A DNA stretch of 64,000 bases from Octopus vulgaris (GCA_951406725.2 OX597826.1:59582001-59646000); one strand, 5' to 3'. Positions 1-13,940 are shown, numbered from the stretch's first letter. The notes: generated from the sequence alone by a model not told the origin. Made by a program: numbers and translations.

Positions 1-100
1 GGGATACTTACTGATCACATTTAGTACATGTATATATATTAATACATGTAAATACAAATATATATACATACAAATATACATACAAATATATATACATACA

Positions 101-238
101 TCCCGTCACTTAGCGTTTCGGCAAAAGAGACCTATAGAATAAGTACTGGGCTTACAAAGAATAAGTCCTGGGGTCGATTTGCTCGACTAAAGGTGGTGCT
201 CCAGCATGGCCGTAGTCAAATGACTGAAACAAGTAAAA
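101..238 (+). mobile_element. SINE family B, 3' half
   Basis: Matches the 3' half (cccgtcacttagcg...ggtgctccagcatggcc...gactgaaacaagtaaaa) of the full copies at 3075, 33340 and 43593. Confidence 0.85.
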
Positions 239-404
239 AAAAAACAAAACATTTTTATAATGCATATATATATATGTATATATATATATGCATAATTAAA
301 TACTTACAAACATATATATATATATACACATATATACACATATATATATATAAATATATATATACATACACACACACACACACACACAAATGAGTAGTAC
401 GTGT

Positions 405-566
405 AATTCAAAGTGTCAGCCTTTAAAACATTCTGTGTCATGCTGAATCTCCCTGAGAACTACGTTAAGGGTATGCTCAGCCATTTGCACATTAATATCA
501 CGAGCAAACGTTTCCATTGATCGGATTAAAACGAAACATCCTCGTCGTAATCGACGGAGTGCCACT
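405..566 (+). mobile_element. SINE family A tail fragment, diverged
   Basis: ctgtgtcatgctgaatctccctgagaactacgttaaggg...ctcgtcgtaatcgacggagtgcc matches the tail of the full copy at 41255-41635. Confidence 0.75.
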
Positions 567-1430
567 TTGTCTCAGCGTTGGTATTCTTTCTGTTTATGTA
601 GTTGTTGCTCAGCTCGAAACAGGTTTCAGACATTCGTGATTTTCATTTGTAATCATCACGTGTTTTTTGTATCTAGGCCTATATCGTCGAATACGTACTT
701 TCATCTCTTTAAAGGCGGTAATTAAAACTTTGGTTGCTATTTCTAGCACATCGCGTACTTTGTAAAGCTCTCTCTCCGTGTTGTTTCTGGATGATGTTTT
801 GTGATATGGTAATATTTAATGTCGTGCTGTGTCCTCTACTCTTCTGTGTCGTTGCTGATGTATGTCATCTGAGTCGGTATGATATAGTGAGGAGGTAGTG
901 GCCCGAAAAATTTGTGGCTGTTTCTCTATACGAATCGGCTCGGTATGGTTTAGCATGGGGTAGAATTGTTAACTTATGTGAGTATGGGGAGGGGGTAGGA
1001 GTGTCGTTCATTGGTTATAGGATTTGGTGTGGTATGGTGCAGTGCAATATAGGTATGTTCAGTAGATCAGTGGAGAGGTAGAAGAGCGAAGTGGCTATTT
1101 GTCTATATCGTCTGGTGTGGCGCGGTGTAGTGGCACTTTGTGACGAGTGGGATGTTAAGCAGCAGAGATGTGTCGCTGTTTGTCTATATGATTTGGTAAG
1201 GTGTGGCGTGGTGTGGTGAGGTGTTAGCGCAAAGGTGTGTAGCATAATATGGGTTGGGGTTGCATAGAGCAAGCGGCTGCTGCTGGAAACGAACCGGACG
1301 CGATGTTCGACTGGGTGTTTCCATTTTCCAGAAGATTCTGGTCTGACGACCAAATCTTGTGAATGGAATTAGTTATCTACCACCAAACAACATTCCTTGC
1401 TTTCCGTTCATTTTTACTAACACAGATTTC

Positions 1431-1516
1431 CACTTCCGGTCGGCTGCCAATTAAATACATCACACTCTTATACCGGAAATGAAAGACAAGGTCGCAGTGA
1501 TCACTTGAAATGGCGG
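1431..1516. promoter_or_regulatory. Possible housekeeping-type promoter motif cluster
   Basis: ETS-like CACTTCCGGT (1431) and ACCGGAAAT (1472), CCAAT (1447) and YY1-like AAATGGCGG (1508) within 90 bp of non-repetitive DNA. Confidence 0.25.
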
Positions 1517-2422
1517 ATATGTCTGCTTGCCCGCCTGCCCGCCTGACTGATTGTCCGCCTCTCTTCGCATCTTATTCTCTCTCTCTTTTTCTCCCTCCCG
1601 TCTATCGTCCATGTGTCTCTTACAATCTCCCAACTCCTAAAAATACATCCAAACATCTTTATCTTCTCCAAAATTTATCGCTACTAAGACACACATTCTC
1701 TCTCTCTCCCTCTCCCTCTCTCTCTCTCTCTCTCCCTCTCTTTCTCTCTTTCCCCATCTATCTATCTCTCATACATTCATGCACACGATAATACGCAAAA
1801 ACCTACATATGTACGCAAACACACGCATACATGTATACACTCACAAACGCGCAAGTAAAGAGGCTTATATATGAATATACATACACACAAAAGCAGGCAG
1901 ACTGGATCTATAGGAGGGAAACCATGTGACCAGCCTTATGATTGTCATTTTTCACCGGAGACGCAAATTAGATTAGCAAGTTGATCCTGATAAACACACT
2001 CGCGCGTGCGCACGTACGCACGCTCATATGTACATATGTATGCAAATGCATATGTATGTGTATAAGAAAATATAAGCTGATATACACACTTGTGCATACA
2101 CATGTACATATATACATGTATAAATGTGCTTGTCTGTGTATATATATATTTATATATATATATATATACATATAAAAATATATACATATATACACACGTA
2201 CATACACGCACACATACACACATACACACACACACACACACACTTATATATATATGTTTGTGAAAATTACTTGAGACAGTTTTGATAAGTACAAAAAAGA
2301 TCTGTTTAAAAAATTATTTTAAAAAAATATATCCTTTCTCAGGACGTCACTAACCTTTGAGGAAGGAATTTCTTTCTAGTTTGTGTAAGCGCGTTCGTCT
2401 GTCATTTCAAACACGCGTGATC

Positions 2423-2463
<41 letters not shown>

Positions 2464-2469
2464 TATTAA

Positions 2470-2706
2470 TACGCCCTTTTAAAGCCTAGCCTGGTATCCC
2501 GGTTTCAATGGCGTATGTGTTCCCCAGATTGATGTATGTGTTCCCCATGACAGGGTTACTCATTTTTTGCCAGTTGAGTGGCCTGGAGCAATGTGAAATG
2601 AAGTGTTTTGCTCAAGAACACAACGCGTCACCTGGTCCAGGAATCGAAACTACAATCTTACGATCATGATGCTGACACCCTAACCAGTAAACCGCGCGCC
2701 TCCACA
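2470..2706 (-). mobile_element. tRNA-derived SINE (alternative core, tail shared with the 46220 copy)
   Basis: Minus-strand head gtggaggcgcgcgg...gtttcgattcc, core gtgttcttgagcaaaacacttcatttc, 3' end similar to 46220-46290. Confidence 0.7.
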
Positions 2707-3074
2707 CGCACACACACACACACACACACATACACACGCACACACACACACACACATATATATACACTTACACTCACACACGCACACACACAAACACGCA
2801 CGCACACTGACACGTACACATACATACACGTACACACGCACATACACGCACGCACACGTTTATTGACTTGAAGCTCTATATTAATCAGCAATGCGTATGT
2901 AAAATGTTAGCAATACCTGTGAAAAATGACCGAGAGACAGGCAAGGTAAAGATATCCAGCTTCGTTATGGATCGCAGTGTCCTGTGTGTGGGAGTCCCCT
3001 CATGTGAAACGCACGCAAAAGCTTATCCAAAATGCCTGATGACATTCCTTTGATATCCGCTTTTATATCAAAGT

Positions 3075-3492
3075 AGACGCAGGAGTGGCTGTGTGGTAAG
3101 TACCTTGCTAACCAACCACATGGTTCCGGGTTCTGTCCCACTGCGTGGCATCTTGGGCAAGTGTCTTCTGCTATAGCCCCGGACCGACCAATGCCTTGTG
3201 AGTGGATTTGGTAGACGGAAACTGAAAGAAGCCTGTCGTATATATGTATATATATATATATATATGTATATGTGTGTGTGTGTTTGTATGTCTGTGTTTG
3301 TCCCCCTAGCATTGCTTGACAACTGATGCTGGTGTGTTTAAGTCCCCGTCACTTAGCGGTTCGGCAAAAGAGACCGATAGAATAAGCACTGGGCTTACAG
3401 AGAATAAGTCCCGAAGTCGATTTGCTCGACTAAAAGGCGGTGCTCCAGCATGGCCGCAGTCAAAATGACTGAAACAAGTAAAAGAGAAAGAG
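3075..3492 (+). mobile_element. SINE family B, full length, with internal (TA)n(TG)n
   Basis: A box tggctgtgtgg, B-box-like ggttctgtccc, A-rich tail; near-identical to at least 7 other copies in the window. Confidence 0.9.
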
Positions 3493-3834
3493 AGGGAGAG
3501 TAATTTAACAAAAACTGAGGGCTGTCTGACCTATCAGCGGCCTTCCTGCACACCAATCCGTTATTTCTGTGAACTCGTGATAATGCTAGATGCTGAGAGT
3601 CCAACAGGGGGAACCGTCGTGGAGATACGGTGTTTTTACACAAAAGAGCGTTTTCTCGCGACGTTAACAGCAATAAATTTGTGTTTAGAATTTTAAATAT
3701 TTTACAAACATATTTTAACTGACCTAAAGTTCGCTTATGCCTAAACACTGCTTAGCACCGATGCTGCGACAATTTTTTTTCTCCGCTGGCGGTTTAATAG
3801 CGCCAAAGATGGGCTCAAAGGAACCTGTATAGGA

Positions 3835-3995
3835 GCACGCGCATCAACCTCTTGAACGGCTCAGTTTCACCTGCAATTTTGTACGGAAGCAAAACCTGTG
3901 CCACGACTAAGTGAGGGGAGCAGAAGCTAGTAACTGCTCAAAGACCTATGGAAACATCGAAACTGAGAGTGTCGCTGAAACAGCACATCAAGAGA
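3835..3995 (+). pseudogene. Degenerate RTE-clade LINE fragment (region after RT)
   Basis: Translates RINLLNGSVSPAILYGSKTCATTK*GEQKLVTAQRPME, matching the RTE pattern VLPxxxYxSETW...LxxxQRxME. Confidence 0.6.
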
Positions 3996-4244
3996 CGTGG
4001 ACTTTCAGAACACAGTTTCGAAGACTTCGAAGTCATGCGACATACGTTTCTTAAACGATTATGCACCTTGCAGTAGCGTATCTTCAGGTTATTTAAACTA
4101 CCCACAAATATTATTTAGACTAATTTTCATCTACTAGGGATATTCATGGTAGTAGACCTGAAGGTTTCAGCAGTGTGCAACGATTCACACTTATGACTGT
4201 TTCTTGGTAGTAGTTGCAAATGTTTCCATTTAATGTATCTAATA

Positions 4245-4460
4245 TTTCTTTCTAGCTCAAGCCAATAATTTTGAGGAGAGAAAGAGAACAAGTTGATTAC
4301 ATCGACGCTAGTACTTCACTAGTACTTTATTTTCTCGACCTCGAATAGAGGAAAAACGAAGTTGACAAGCGACGGGATTTGATCTCAGCCCGTAAAGAAC
4401 TGGGAGGAATGCGGCGAAGTATTTTGACTGACGAGGTAATGATAATGCCAACTCGCTGCT
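4245..4460 (-). mobile_element. SINE family C-related copy, diverged
   Basis: gattacatcgac...ttattttctcgacc...gggatttgatctcag resembles the family C core. Confidence 0.5.
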
Positions 4461-5221
4461 TTTGATATTGTTAATATTAATATATAATGTCAACGACTTT
4501 TGTGTAGGCGATGATATCTATAGGAAGACACATTCGATATCATTTCATTCCCACTATTCTTATAGCAAGTAGGTTCATGGCGCCATAATTGTCGGAAAGA
4601 AATTACCTTTCCGACTTGTGAATGAATTTAATGTTTTGGCAAAATGACCACACAGCTGATGTCCCGAAACGACCAGTCAGCTGGTCTCCCATGAATTTTA
4701 ACAAGTTGTCCAAAAACTGATGATCTGAGGCGAGATCTAATTTGACGGGGCTTTATTTTATTTGAGACCAATGGCAGAATCTGAAAAATGTGAATAGCAA
4801 TACTGTTCGGAAAGTTGTTTCATTTAAGTTGTTTTCATATGCATGTCCCATAATGCCTTGTCCAGAGCATCGAGAGGTCTCTTACATGTATTTTACATCC
4901 AGATCCGACATTAACCTGTCTACGTGAGGTTGTTCGTTTCTTGATTTCTTGAGACACGTACCTCATTTGAACCAATGAAAATTTGAAATTCGGAGGCGCT
5001 GCATGAGCCACATGAGTGTGTTAGTAACAACCAAAGAAAACAATTGCAAATAGGTACACGATATCAATAAGCAATTCCTCAAACACAAATATGCATTCAG
5101 ATTCCACCATGTAAAAAATGGGGACAAATTCCTACATGTTATTACTGAAATATTTCAAGCAAAGCAGAACATGCTAACTTAAGAGTTTGCTCTCAAAATT
5201 ATTGATTAACATCCTTGCACA

Positions 5222-5455
5222 TGTTCAGTCCACTGCTAGACGAAGGCCTCAATATGTTCTCTCCACCAACTATGGTCTGATGTCTCCCTCATCCATGTTT
5301 GGTTGCCTAAGAATTTCAAATAATCTTCGTTCCAAATTTTGCTTGGCCTTCCTTTCCTTGTTTTTTTTTCTTTTCTTTTTTTGTGAACATGGTGTACTCC
5401 CTGTCAATTTGCTATTTCATCAATTGTCCTTTCTTCTGAACACATGTAACGCGAA
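5222..5455 (-). pseudogene. RTE-clade LINE 3' end (C-terminus)
   Basis: Minus strand reads FALHVFRRKDN**NSKLT...GRPSKIWNED...W...D..WWREHIEAFV*QW, the typical RTE C-terminus. Confidence 0.7.
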
Positions 5456-5469
5456 ATAATCTGCTTAAA

Positions 5470-5790
5470 TGATAAAATTCGGACCAAAAATATTCAACGA
5501 CGATTACAGTTAGGTTGGGAAGCTTTCGGTAAATTGATTCACATCATGAGCAGTACGTTTCCTATAAATCTAAATCAAAAGGTCTCCAGCCAGTATGTGC
5601 TGCCTGCCATTAAGTATGCATCGGAAACATGGGCTACCAAAAGAAACATTGAAAATGAATTAATATCAACACAAAGAACCACGGAAAGTCGAATGCTGAA
5701 GATTAACAAAATGGATAAGAAGAGAAACATCAAGCTCAGAGTGGCAATAGGGTTAATGGATGTTACACGGAAAATCATAGATATAATTTA
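5470..5790 (+). pseudogene. RTE-clade LINE fragment, inverted relative to the adjacent 3' end
   Basis: IQRRLQLGWEAFGKL...QYVLPAIKYASETWAT...STQRTTESRMLKI (includes ORF 5534-5791). Confidence 0.8.
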
Positions 5791-6065
5791 ATAATGTATA
5801 ACATTTGATAATCAGATACAAATGTAAACAAATAGTATGCCCTGTTTTACGGGGGAAATTGTTATGGATACAATATTCGCGCATTCTGTGAAAGTTACCT
5901 TTGTCTTTCTGCATTTACATTCGAAAAATAAAAAAGCAATAGTGTTGATATAATTTAAAGGCCCCTTAGAATCGAAATAGCTAAACTCTGGCAAAGACTA
6001 GAAACCATTATAAAGGTAAGACATTATTAGGATACGCATTCCTCCCTCACATCCGGCTCTCACTG

Positions 6066-6252
<187 letters not shown>

Positions 6253-6574
6253 GAGGAGACCCCCTTCGGTCATGAATGACAATGGGATTGCTCCTAGAAC
6301 GTTGCCCTCCGAGGCACAAGTCCGGGCAGGGTTTTTATGGAAGGCCAGCAGTCGCCACAGCATACCAGCCTCCCCTTCCACACCACTGATGTTACCCAAA
6401 GAAAAGGCAAAGGCCGATAGAGCTTGGCACCAGTGATGTCGCAACTCATTTCTACAGCAACGTGAAATGAAGTGTCTTGCTCAAGAACACAACACGCTGC
6501 CTGGTCCGGAAATCGAACTCACAACCTCACGATCATAAGCTCGACGCTCTAACCACTGAGCCATGCGCCTTCAC
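6253..6574 (-). mobile_element. tRNA-derived SINE with a distinct GC-rich tail
   Basis: Minus-strand head gtgaaggcgcatggctcagtggttagagc...gagttcgatttcc (A and B boxes); core shared with 2470-2706. Confidence 0.8.
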
Positions 6575-6600
6575 TTATATATCATATATATATCTATCTA

Positions 6601-6654
<54 letters not shown>

Positions 6655-6658
<4 letters not shown>

Positions 6659-6870
6659 TATCTTTGTGTCTGTATTTCTCCCTTCAGCACCACTTGGTAG
6701 CGGGTGTTGGTGGGTTTACTTCCCCGTAACCTATTAGTTTCGGTAATAGGGAGAAGTAGAATAAGTACTAGGATTAAAAAGTTAGTCCTGGGGTCGATTT
6801 ATTCGACTAAAAACCTTCCAAGTTGGTACGCCAGCATAGCCATAGTCAAATGACTGAAACAAGCAAAAGA
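6655..6870 (+). mobile_element. SINE family B 3' half, diverged
   Basis: agaataagtactagg...ggggtcgattt...gtcaaatgactgaaacaag. Confidence 0.75.
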
Positions 6871-7393
6871 ATATATATATATATATATATATACATGTGT
6901 ATGTGTGTGCGTCTGCTTGTAAACGTGTGTGCGTGTGTGTGTGCATGGAAAGTGAAAAAAGATTTTCCTGCAGATATCCTGGTGTAGATATGAATACACT
7001 TGATACTTCTAATTGTAGCACTTTTATGATGTGTGTGTGTCTGTGTATCAACATACTTGTGTATGTGTTCGTGTACAGATAAAAAAAAAGCCTGCCTCTG
7101 TTTTGTAAGAAAAAGAGATGAAGGAAAGTAATACATGTTTCTGATTTTATCTTAGAAATTAGTTGATGATGATTCATTCTGCTATAATCTGAGGCTTCAC
7201 ACCACCAGGTAAAGTTTAGTTTTCGATAAAGCAATGAATTGAATCATCAAATGATGCTTTACACACTCACACATTCATACACATACACACACGCACATGT
7301 AAGTGTTTATTTATATATATATGTGTGTATATATACATACACACATGCATACATATACATATATTTTACATATATATATATATATATATACTC

Positions 7394-7440
<47 letters not shown>

Positions 7441-7656
7441 TATTCCTATATATTTATGCGTTTATATATTTATATATACACACATATTCATGAGTATATA
7501 AACATATACATATATAGACATCTATAAATACACACGCATATATATGTGTAAGTATATATACATACACACATGCATACATATTTTACATTATATACTCAAA
7601 TATATATATATATATAAATATACACAAATATATATATATTCGTATATATTTATGTG

Positions 7657-7694
<38 letters not shown>

Positions 7695-8401
7695 CACACA
7701 CACATATATCTATGAATATATGTATATATATATATATATATATTCATATCTATTTTGAAATGTATTAATGGAAGATCTTGCGTAAGAGGTTGTATAACTG
7801 TACTGTATATTACTCAGACCTGAAACGTAATCTCGTTTACTCTACACGTTTCAGTTATTTGACTAAGGCCATTCTGGAACACCGCCTTGAATCAAAGAAA
7901 TCGACCCCATGTCCACAGTCAAATGAGTGAAACAAGTAAAAGAATAAAAATATATTTGTATCATCTTAGATGAAGGCTCGTGGTTGAGTAATTAGGACTT
8001 TGATATCAAGAGCATATGACCGCAGCGTCAATTCTTCAATAGTGCTGTATCTTTCATCAACCAACAGCATTTCGCGTTGCTCTCAACAACTCTGCTTAAA
8101 ATGTGTATCTTTTTAATTCTGATACGAACTCCTCTCTTTCCCGATGAATGAAATGTGAAGGGAGTAAAAACGATACCTGTTAGATTACAGATTAGATGAT
8201 CAGATGGTAGATGGTTATTTTCTGCCGATGAAAAATTGAAAAAGCTTATTTTTATCATGAAATGCAGGACGAAATTCCATGCATGTTCAAACAATCAAGA
8301 GGAACTTCAAGAAGATAAACGCAAATAAAGACATTACAGGTAACAAGTATTACTAATATATGTATATGGTCGGGTATTCCGAGACAAGAATGCAATCAAT
8401 T

Positions 8402-8460
<59 letters not shown>

Positions 8461-8562
8461 TATACATATATATACATATATATACATATATATACACATA
8501 TATACATATATATATATATATACACATATATACATATATATATTTTTTATACATATATATAC

Positions 8563-8620
<58 letters not shown>

Positions 8621-8801
8621 CCGTGAACCCTTAATACTGCTCTGAGCAATATTCAGCGTGATACATACATTAAAGTACATGATATCGATAATGCTTACCT
8701 TATAATACTTTAAACTCAAAACTTGATATATATATATATATATGTACTTTAATTTATGTACCACGCTGAATATTGCTCAGAGCAGTATTAAGGGTTCACG
8801 G
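8621..8801. repeat. 60-bp inverted repeat; right arm continues as a SINE A tail to about 8900
   Basis: 8621-8680 is the reverse complement of 8742-8801 with 2 mismatches. Confidence 0.9.
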
Positions 8802-9084
8802 ACTGTGGAATGCTCAGCCAGTCGCACGTTAATTTCACGAGCACGCTGTTACGTTGATCAGATCAACTGGAACACTCGTCGTCGTAACTGACATAGTGGT
8901 AAACCATTCACAACCCCAATATTTAGTGTAGGCCTAACATCTTTAATCGCAAATGCAACTGACGGAAAGGTGTCATAGATGCAATCAATAAAAAATCATA
9001 ACCGAAGAGTGAAGCAAACAACGACAGGATTCGAACGTATGAAGCACGAAATTAAAAGTACGTATATATATATATATATATATT

Positions 9085-9476
9085 TCTTTTATCTCTTTTA
9101 CTTGTTTCAGTCATTTGACTGCGGCCATGCTGGAGCACCGCCTGTAGTCGAGCAGATCAACCCCAGGACTTATTCTTTGTAAGCCTAGTGCTTATTCTAT
9201 CAGTCTCTTTTGCCGAACCGCTAAATTACGGGTACGTAAGCACACCAGCATCGGTTGTCAAGCGATGTTGGGGGAACAAACACAGACAAGCATAAATATA
9301 CATATATACATATATACGACGGGCTTCTTTCAGTTTCCGTCTACCAAATCCACTCACAAGGCTTTGGTCGGCCCGAGGCTATGGTAGAAGACTCTAGCCC
9401 AAGGTACCACGCAGTGGGAATGAACCCGGATCCATGTGGTTCGTAAGCAAAGCTACTTACCACACAGCCACTCCTG

Positions 9477-9477
<1 letters not shown>
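9085..9477 (-). mobile_element. SINE family B, full length
   Basis: Reverse complement of the family B consensus. Confidence 0.9.
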
Positions 9478-9519
<42 letters not shown>

Positions 9520-9794
9520 ATAAACTAAAATGTCTGCTATTCTTACTTTTCCACTGCGCTTGTCGTCTAATACAGTACCAGAATGCACTTAACCATATAT
9601 CTATACATAGGTACAGGAACTTGCTTGGCAATCATGTTTTGTTTTTTCGATTCTTTGGGTTCTTTTTTTCATCTTCGTTAAAGTGATTACACAAGTCTTT
9701 GAAAAGTGGTCCAGAAATCTTTTGATATAGAAGTTCTTCGCTGTTCACTGTTCAATAATTTGGCTCTGGATGCCGATCAAAGAACTTTACTTAC

Positions 9795-9815
9795 CCAATG
9801 AGCCGTAATACCGAT
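9795..9815 (-). other. Candidate 21-nt microexon
   Basis: Minus strand: ttccttctttcttgttactttAG | ATCGGTATTACGGCTCATTGG | GTAAGT. Confidence 0.3.
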
Positions 9816-10699
9816 CTAAAGTAACAAGAAAGAAGGAACTAAAGATGGGTGTGTTATTGTTGTTGTTGTTGTTGGTAGTGGTGGTGGTGGTGGGTGGTGG
9901 CGGTGGATGCTGGCGGTGATGGTAATGATGGTGGTGGTCTCGTGCTGGTGGTGTTAGTATAATGACTGGAAGGTAGTGGGAGGGAGGGGAAATTGGGTGG
10001 GGCATGAAATCTGTCTCATTCCTGTGTATTTGTATGTACACGCTTACACACAAACACATAAGCACACTCTTACATACACGCAAAAACAAAGACACACATT
10101 TATGCATATATAGATATATATATATGCTAGCATATATGCATATAAATATATATAAATGTATACATATAAGCATGTATGAAAGAAGATATGTATGTATATA
10201 TATATATATATATTATATTATATTATATTATATATATATATGCACACACATATATATGTGTGTGTGCGTGTGTGTGTGTACATATATATACATATACACA
10301 TATATGTATGAATATATACTTGTATATGTGTATGCGCTTATGTGTGCATATATGCATATATCTATAGCTATGTATCTATTTGTCTACATATATGTGCGTG
10401 TTTGTGTGTTTGTGTTTGTGTGTATATGCATGTAAGCGTGTGCGCGCGAAACTCTGTATACTCATTTTATAGATGTATCAGTCATTTAATTAAAACTCAT
10501 GATGAGTTCTTGGTAATGAGTCAACAAGTTTGTCCTCACTTGCTTGCACAATATTACTGGGCTTCTTATATCACACAGCGAAGTTATAATTGATGTAGTT
10601 CTTTGTTTCCGGGTTCAGTACAACTGAATGGTACCGCGGGCATAACGTCTCATAATCCCGGTTTGAAAAATGCCTTTTGAACATATGTAGACATATACA

Positions 10700-10910
<211 letters not shown>

Positions 10911-12013
10911 ATAGACTGAGTGAGAGAGAGATATGGGACAGAGGTGCAAGGGTATGTACCTTCATAAAGACCAGGTGCCCTGCATATATAAATATCTTTT
11001 TGAAAATCAAAGAAAAAGAGGATATCTATGGACAACTGTTTCGAAACCTTTAGCTTTTATATCCAGCTTTTACATCCAGACTATTCATACCAATCGTAGT
11101 TGGAGCCGGCTAATTCGTACATCCCAACTGCAATCTGTGAGTGGAACAGTAGAAATATGCAAGACTTTTCTCAAGTTCCAAATTTGAATTTGTCTGTGTT
11201 AACTACACCCCCAAAGATGTAACCTCGTACCTTTGTTGGAAACCGGCTCCCTCTTAGTGGGAGACATATATATATATATATCTTGTGAATTTGTTTACGG
11301 AAAACGTTTTGAATACACAAATAATACTCTTATTCCATTAAGCCAGCCGCAAGCTAATGATGCTAACTGATGAACCAGTTTTTGGGGAGTTGCATCGAGC
11401 TGTACGGCTATAATGTAGGATTAATATAGTAATATACTAACAGTAATCCTTGGATGGAATTTATAAACGTTTAATGCATCGCTACGCGCATTTCCATAAA
11501 TCGTACGTTTCTTATGATCATAGTCTGTATTCCAGCAATGATTACAGAGTATTCAATCCATGAAGATGATCACCTTGGTGCCCACAGATACTACGGAATA
11601 CATTGTAATCATCCCAGGAATACATACTGTGAGCTTAAGAAACATGTCAGTTGTGGAAACGTGCCTTAAATGGTTATAAGTTCCATCCAAGTATTATTAT
11701 TATTATTATTATTACATACATTGAGTGTGTGTTGTGTGTATGCATATATGTATGTGTGTGCAACTCTTTGTACCTCACCACTGCCTCACAACAAGTTTTA
11801 TTTGCTGATCTCTACATACGATGGTGGTAAACAGTGATAGATAGAATAATTAGACTAAAAAATATGTTTATGTATTTGTGTGTTTGTGTGTGAGTGCTTG
11901 TAAGTGCATCTGTACATATGCATGTCTGCATATTTTATATATGAATCAACCATTTAAGGCTGTACCCCACCATGACTTCACTGTCTTTACAGAACCAATT
12001 AGAAAACAAAATA

Positions 12014-12188
12014 TACATATTTTTATGCCCATCCACAGAGATACGAAAGGATTGCCGATTGACCAACTTCAAATGAAAACAGAATTTTTTTAAATGATCT
12101 AGGAATTTCAGTTTTCATTCGAATCTTGGCAAAAATGACCAAATCAGCAATCTTTTCGCATCTCTGTGGATGGGTATAAAAATATGTA
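12014..12188. mobile_element. Foldback, MITE-like element
   Basis: Outer arms 12014-12060 and 12142-12188 are complementary, inner arms also pair, and both ends carry TA. Confidence 0.6.
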
Positions 12189-12354
12189 ATGAAACAGAAA
12201 GTGTGAAATGATCTTAGAATTTATTTTTATGTCCAAGTGTTTTTGGTAACAGATAAATGTTAGGCTTTGTCAAAATTTGTTTGTATTAAAGTGTCAAAAA
12301 TGTATTTCCTTCATGTAAAAGGCGTATACAACATATCGTTTTCTTGTTTTCCGT

Positions 12355-12685
12355 TGTACTTGCTTCATTCATTGAACTTCGACCATGCCTTAAAGGGGGT
12401 TCAGGTCGATTAAATCGAACCCAGAAATTATTTAAGTTATCTGGTACTTATTCTATCGGTCTCTTTTGATACTCGTGGCTATAAGGAAGTTAACATTGAT
12501 TGTGAAGCGATGACGGCCGTGCGGGCAAACAGAAAAAAATTACACATTCACATTCACACTGACAAACGACTGTTTCCACAAAGATTGTGACTGCCAAATT
12601 TACTCGCATGGTATTGGTCGGCCAGGGGTTATACTAAAATATACTTTTCCAAAGTTGCGTGCAAAGCCAGCTTCTTAAACATACA
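12355..12685 (-). mobile_element. Old, diverged SINE family B copy
   Basis: gtacttattctatcggtctcttttg and ccaaatttactcgc...ttggtcggcc motifs. Confidence 0.6.
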
Positions 12686-13394
12686 GCAATTGATTGTCAG
12701 AAGAACAAAATCAAAGGATGCAAAGTGCTGCGCATAGTGCTTTTGGAGAATGCCCATCAATGAAGCTACATAAACTTTAATACAAACAGAATTTGAACTG
12801 CCACGAAAATAATTTAATTATAATTCTTCTTAATTAGTTTTAATTGACCACCGGAAATCTTAGATTGAACATTGTGTAAAATATGCAATTGTGATATATC
12901 TGGAAGCATGATAGTGTTTCGAAAGACCTGGACAATGGAATTCATACACTATTTCAATCAACATAGAAATAGAGATGTCACAAACAGAATTGTTTCATTT
13001 TTTTTTTTTCAGCTTTCAAATTGTTCATATAGCATATTATTATGATTACTACAGAAGTATATCATGAGGCAAGAACTAAATGCTTCATTGTGGAATAATT
13101 GTCGAAAATTCAATGAAGAGCTGTCGCAACGTTTTAGTCAGAGACATTGAAACTGAGACGAGAAATGCATAAACAGTTTGTAACGCCTAGAGTGTGGACT
13201 CTGGCGTTACGTCCACAAAAGGAATGTCGACAATAACCAATTTCAATTTCCATTTGGTCATTGAATGTTTTAATACAGAATGAGAATCTGGGCATAACAA
13301 CAATAGTGAGAGTTGGCTTTGCAAGAAATTTCAGTATCAACATCAGAAAAACCAAAATACTGGAGATAAATTGCGGAGGAGATTTCTCGAATCA

Positions 13395-13695
<301 letters not shown>

Positions 13696-13847
13696 CTTTT
13701 TGTCTTTCACATAACATTGTCTGTGTAAATGAACAATCCGAGGCGTTCATTTTATTGGTCAATCAAAATATACAATTGAGTTTCTTTGACCTAGCTGTCG
13801 GGAAGATAGTCAGCAAGAAATAGAAACAATATTGAAAGAACAAAAAC

Positions 13848-13848
<1 letters not shown>
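13696..13848 (+). mobile_element. Probable Dong-like 3'-UTR fragment
   Basis: Lies between trinucleotide tracts, ends in (TAA)n, and carries the pseudoknot-like motif cctag-ctgt-cggga-ag-atag at a similar distance from the tail as the other Dong ends. Confidence 0.45.
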
Positions 13849-13940
<92 letters not shown>

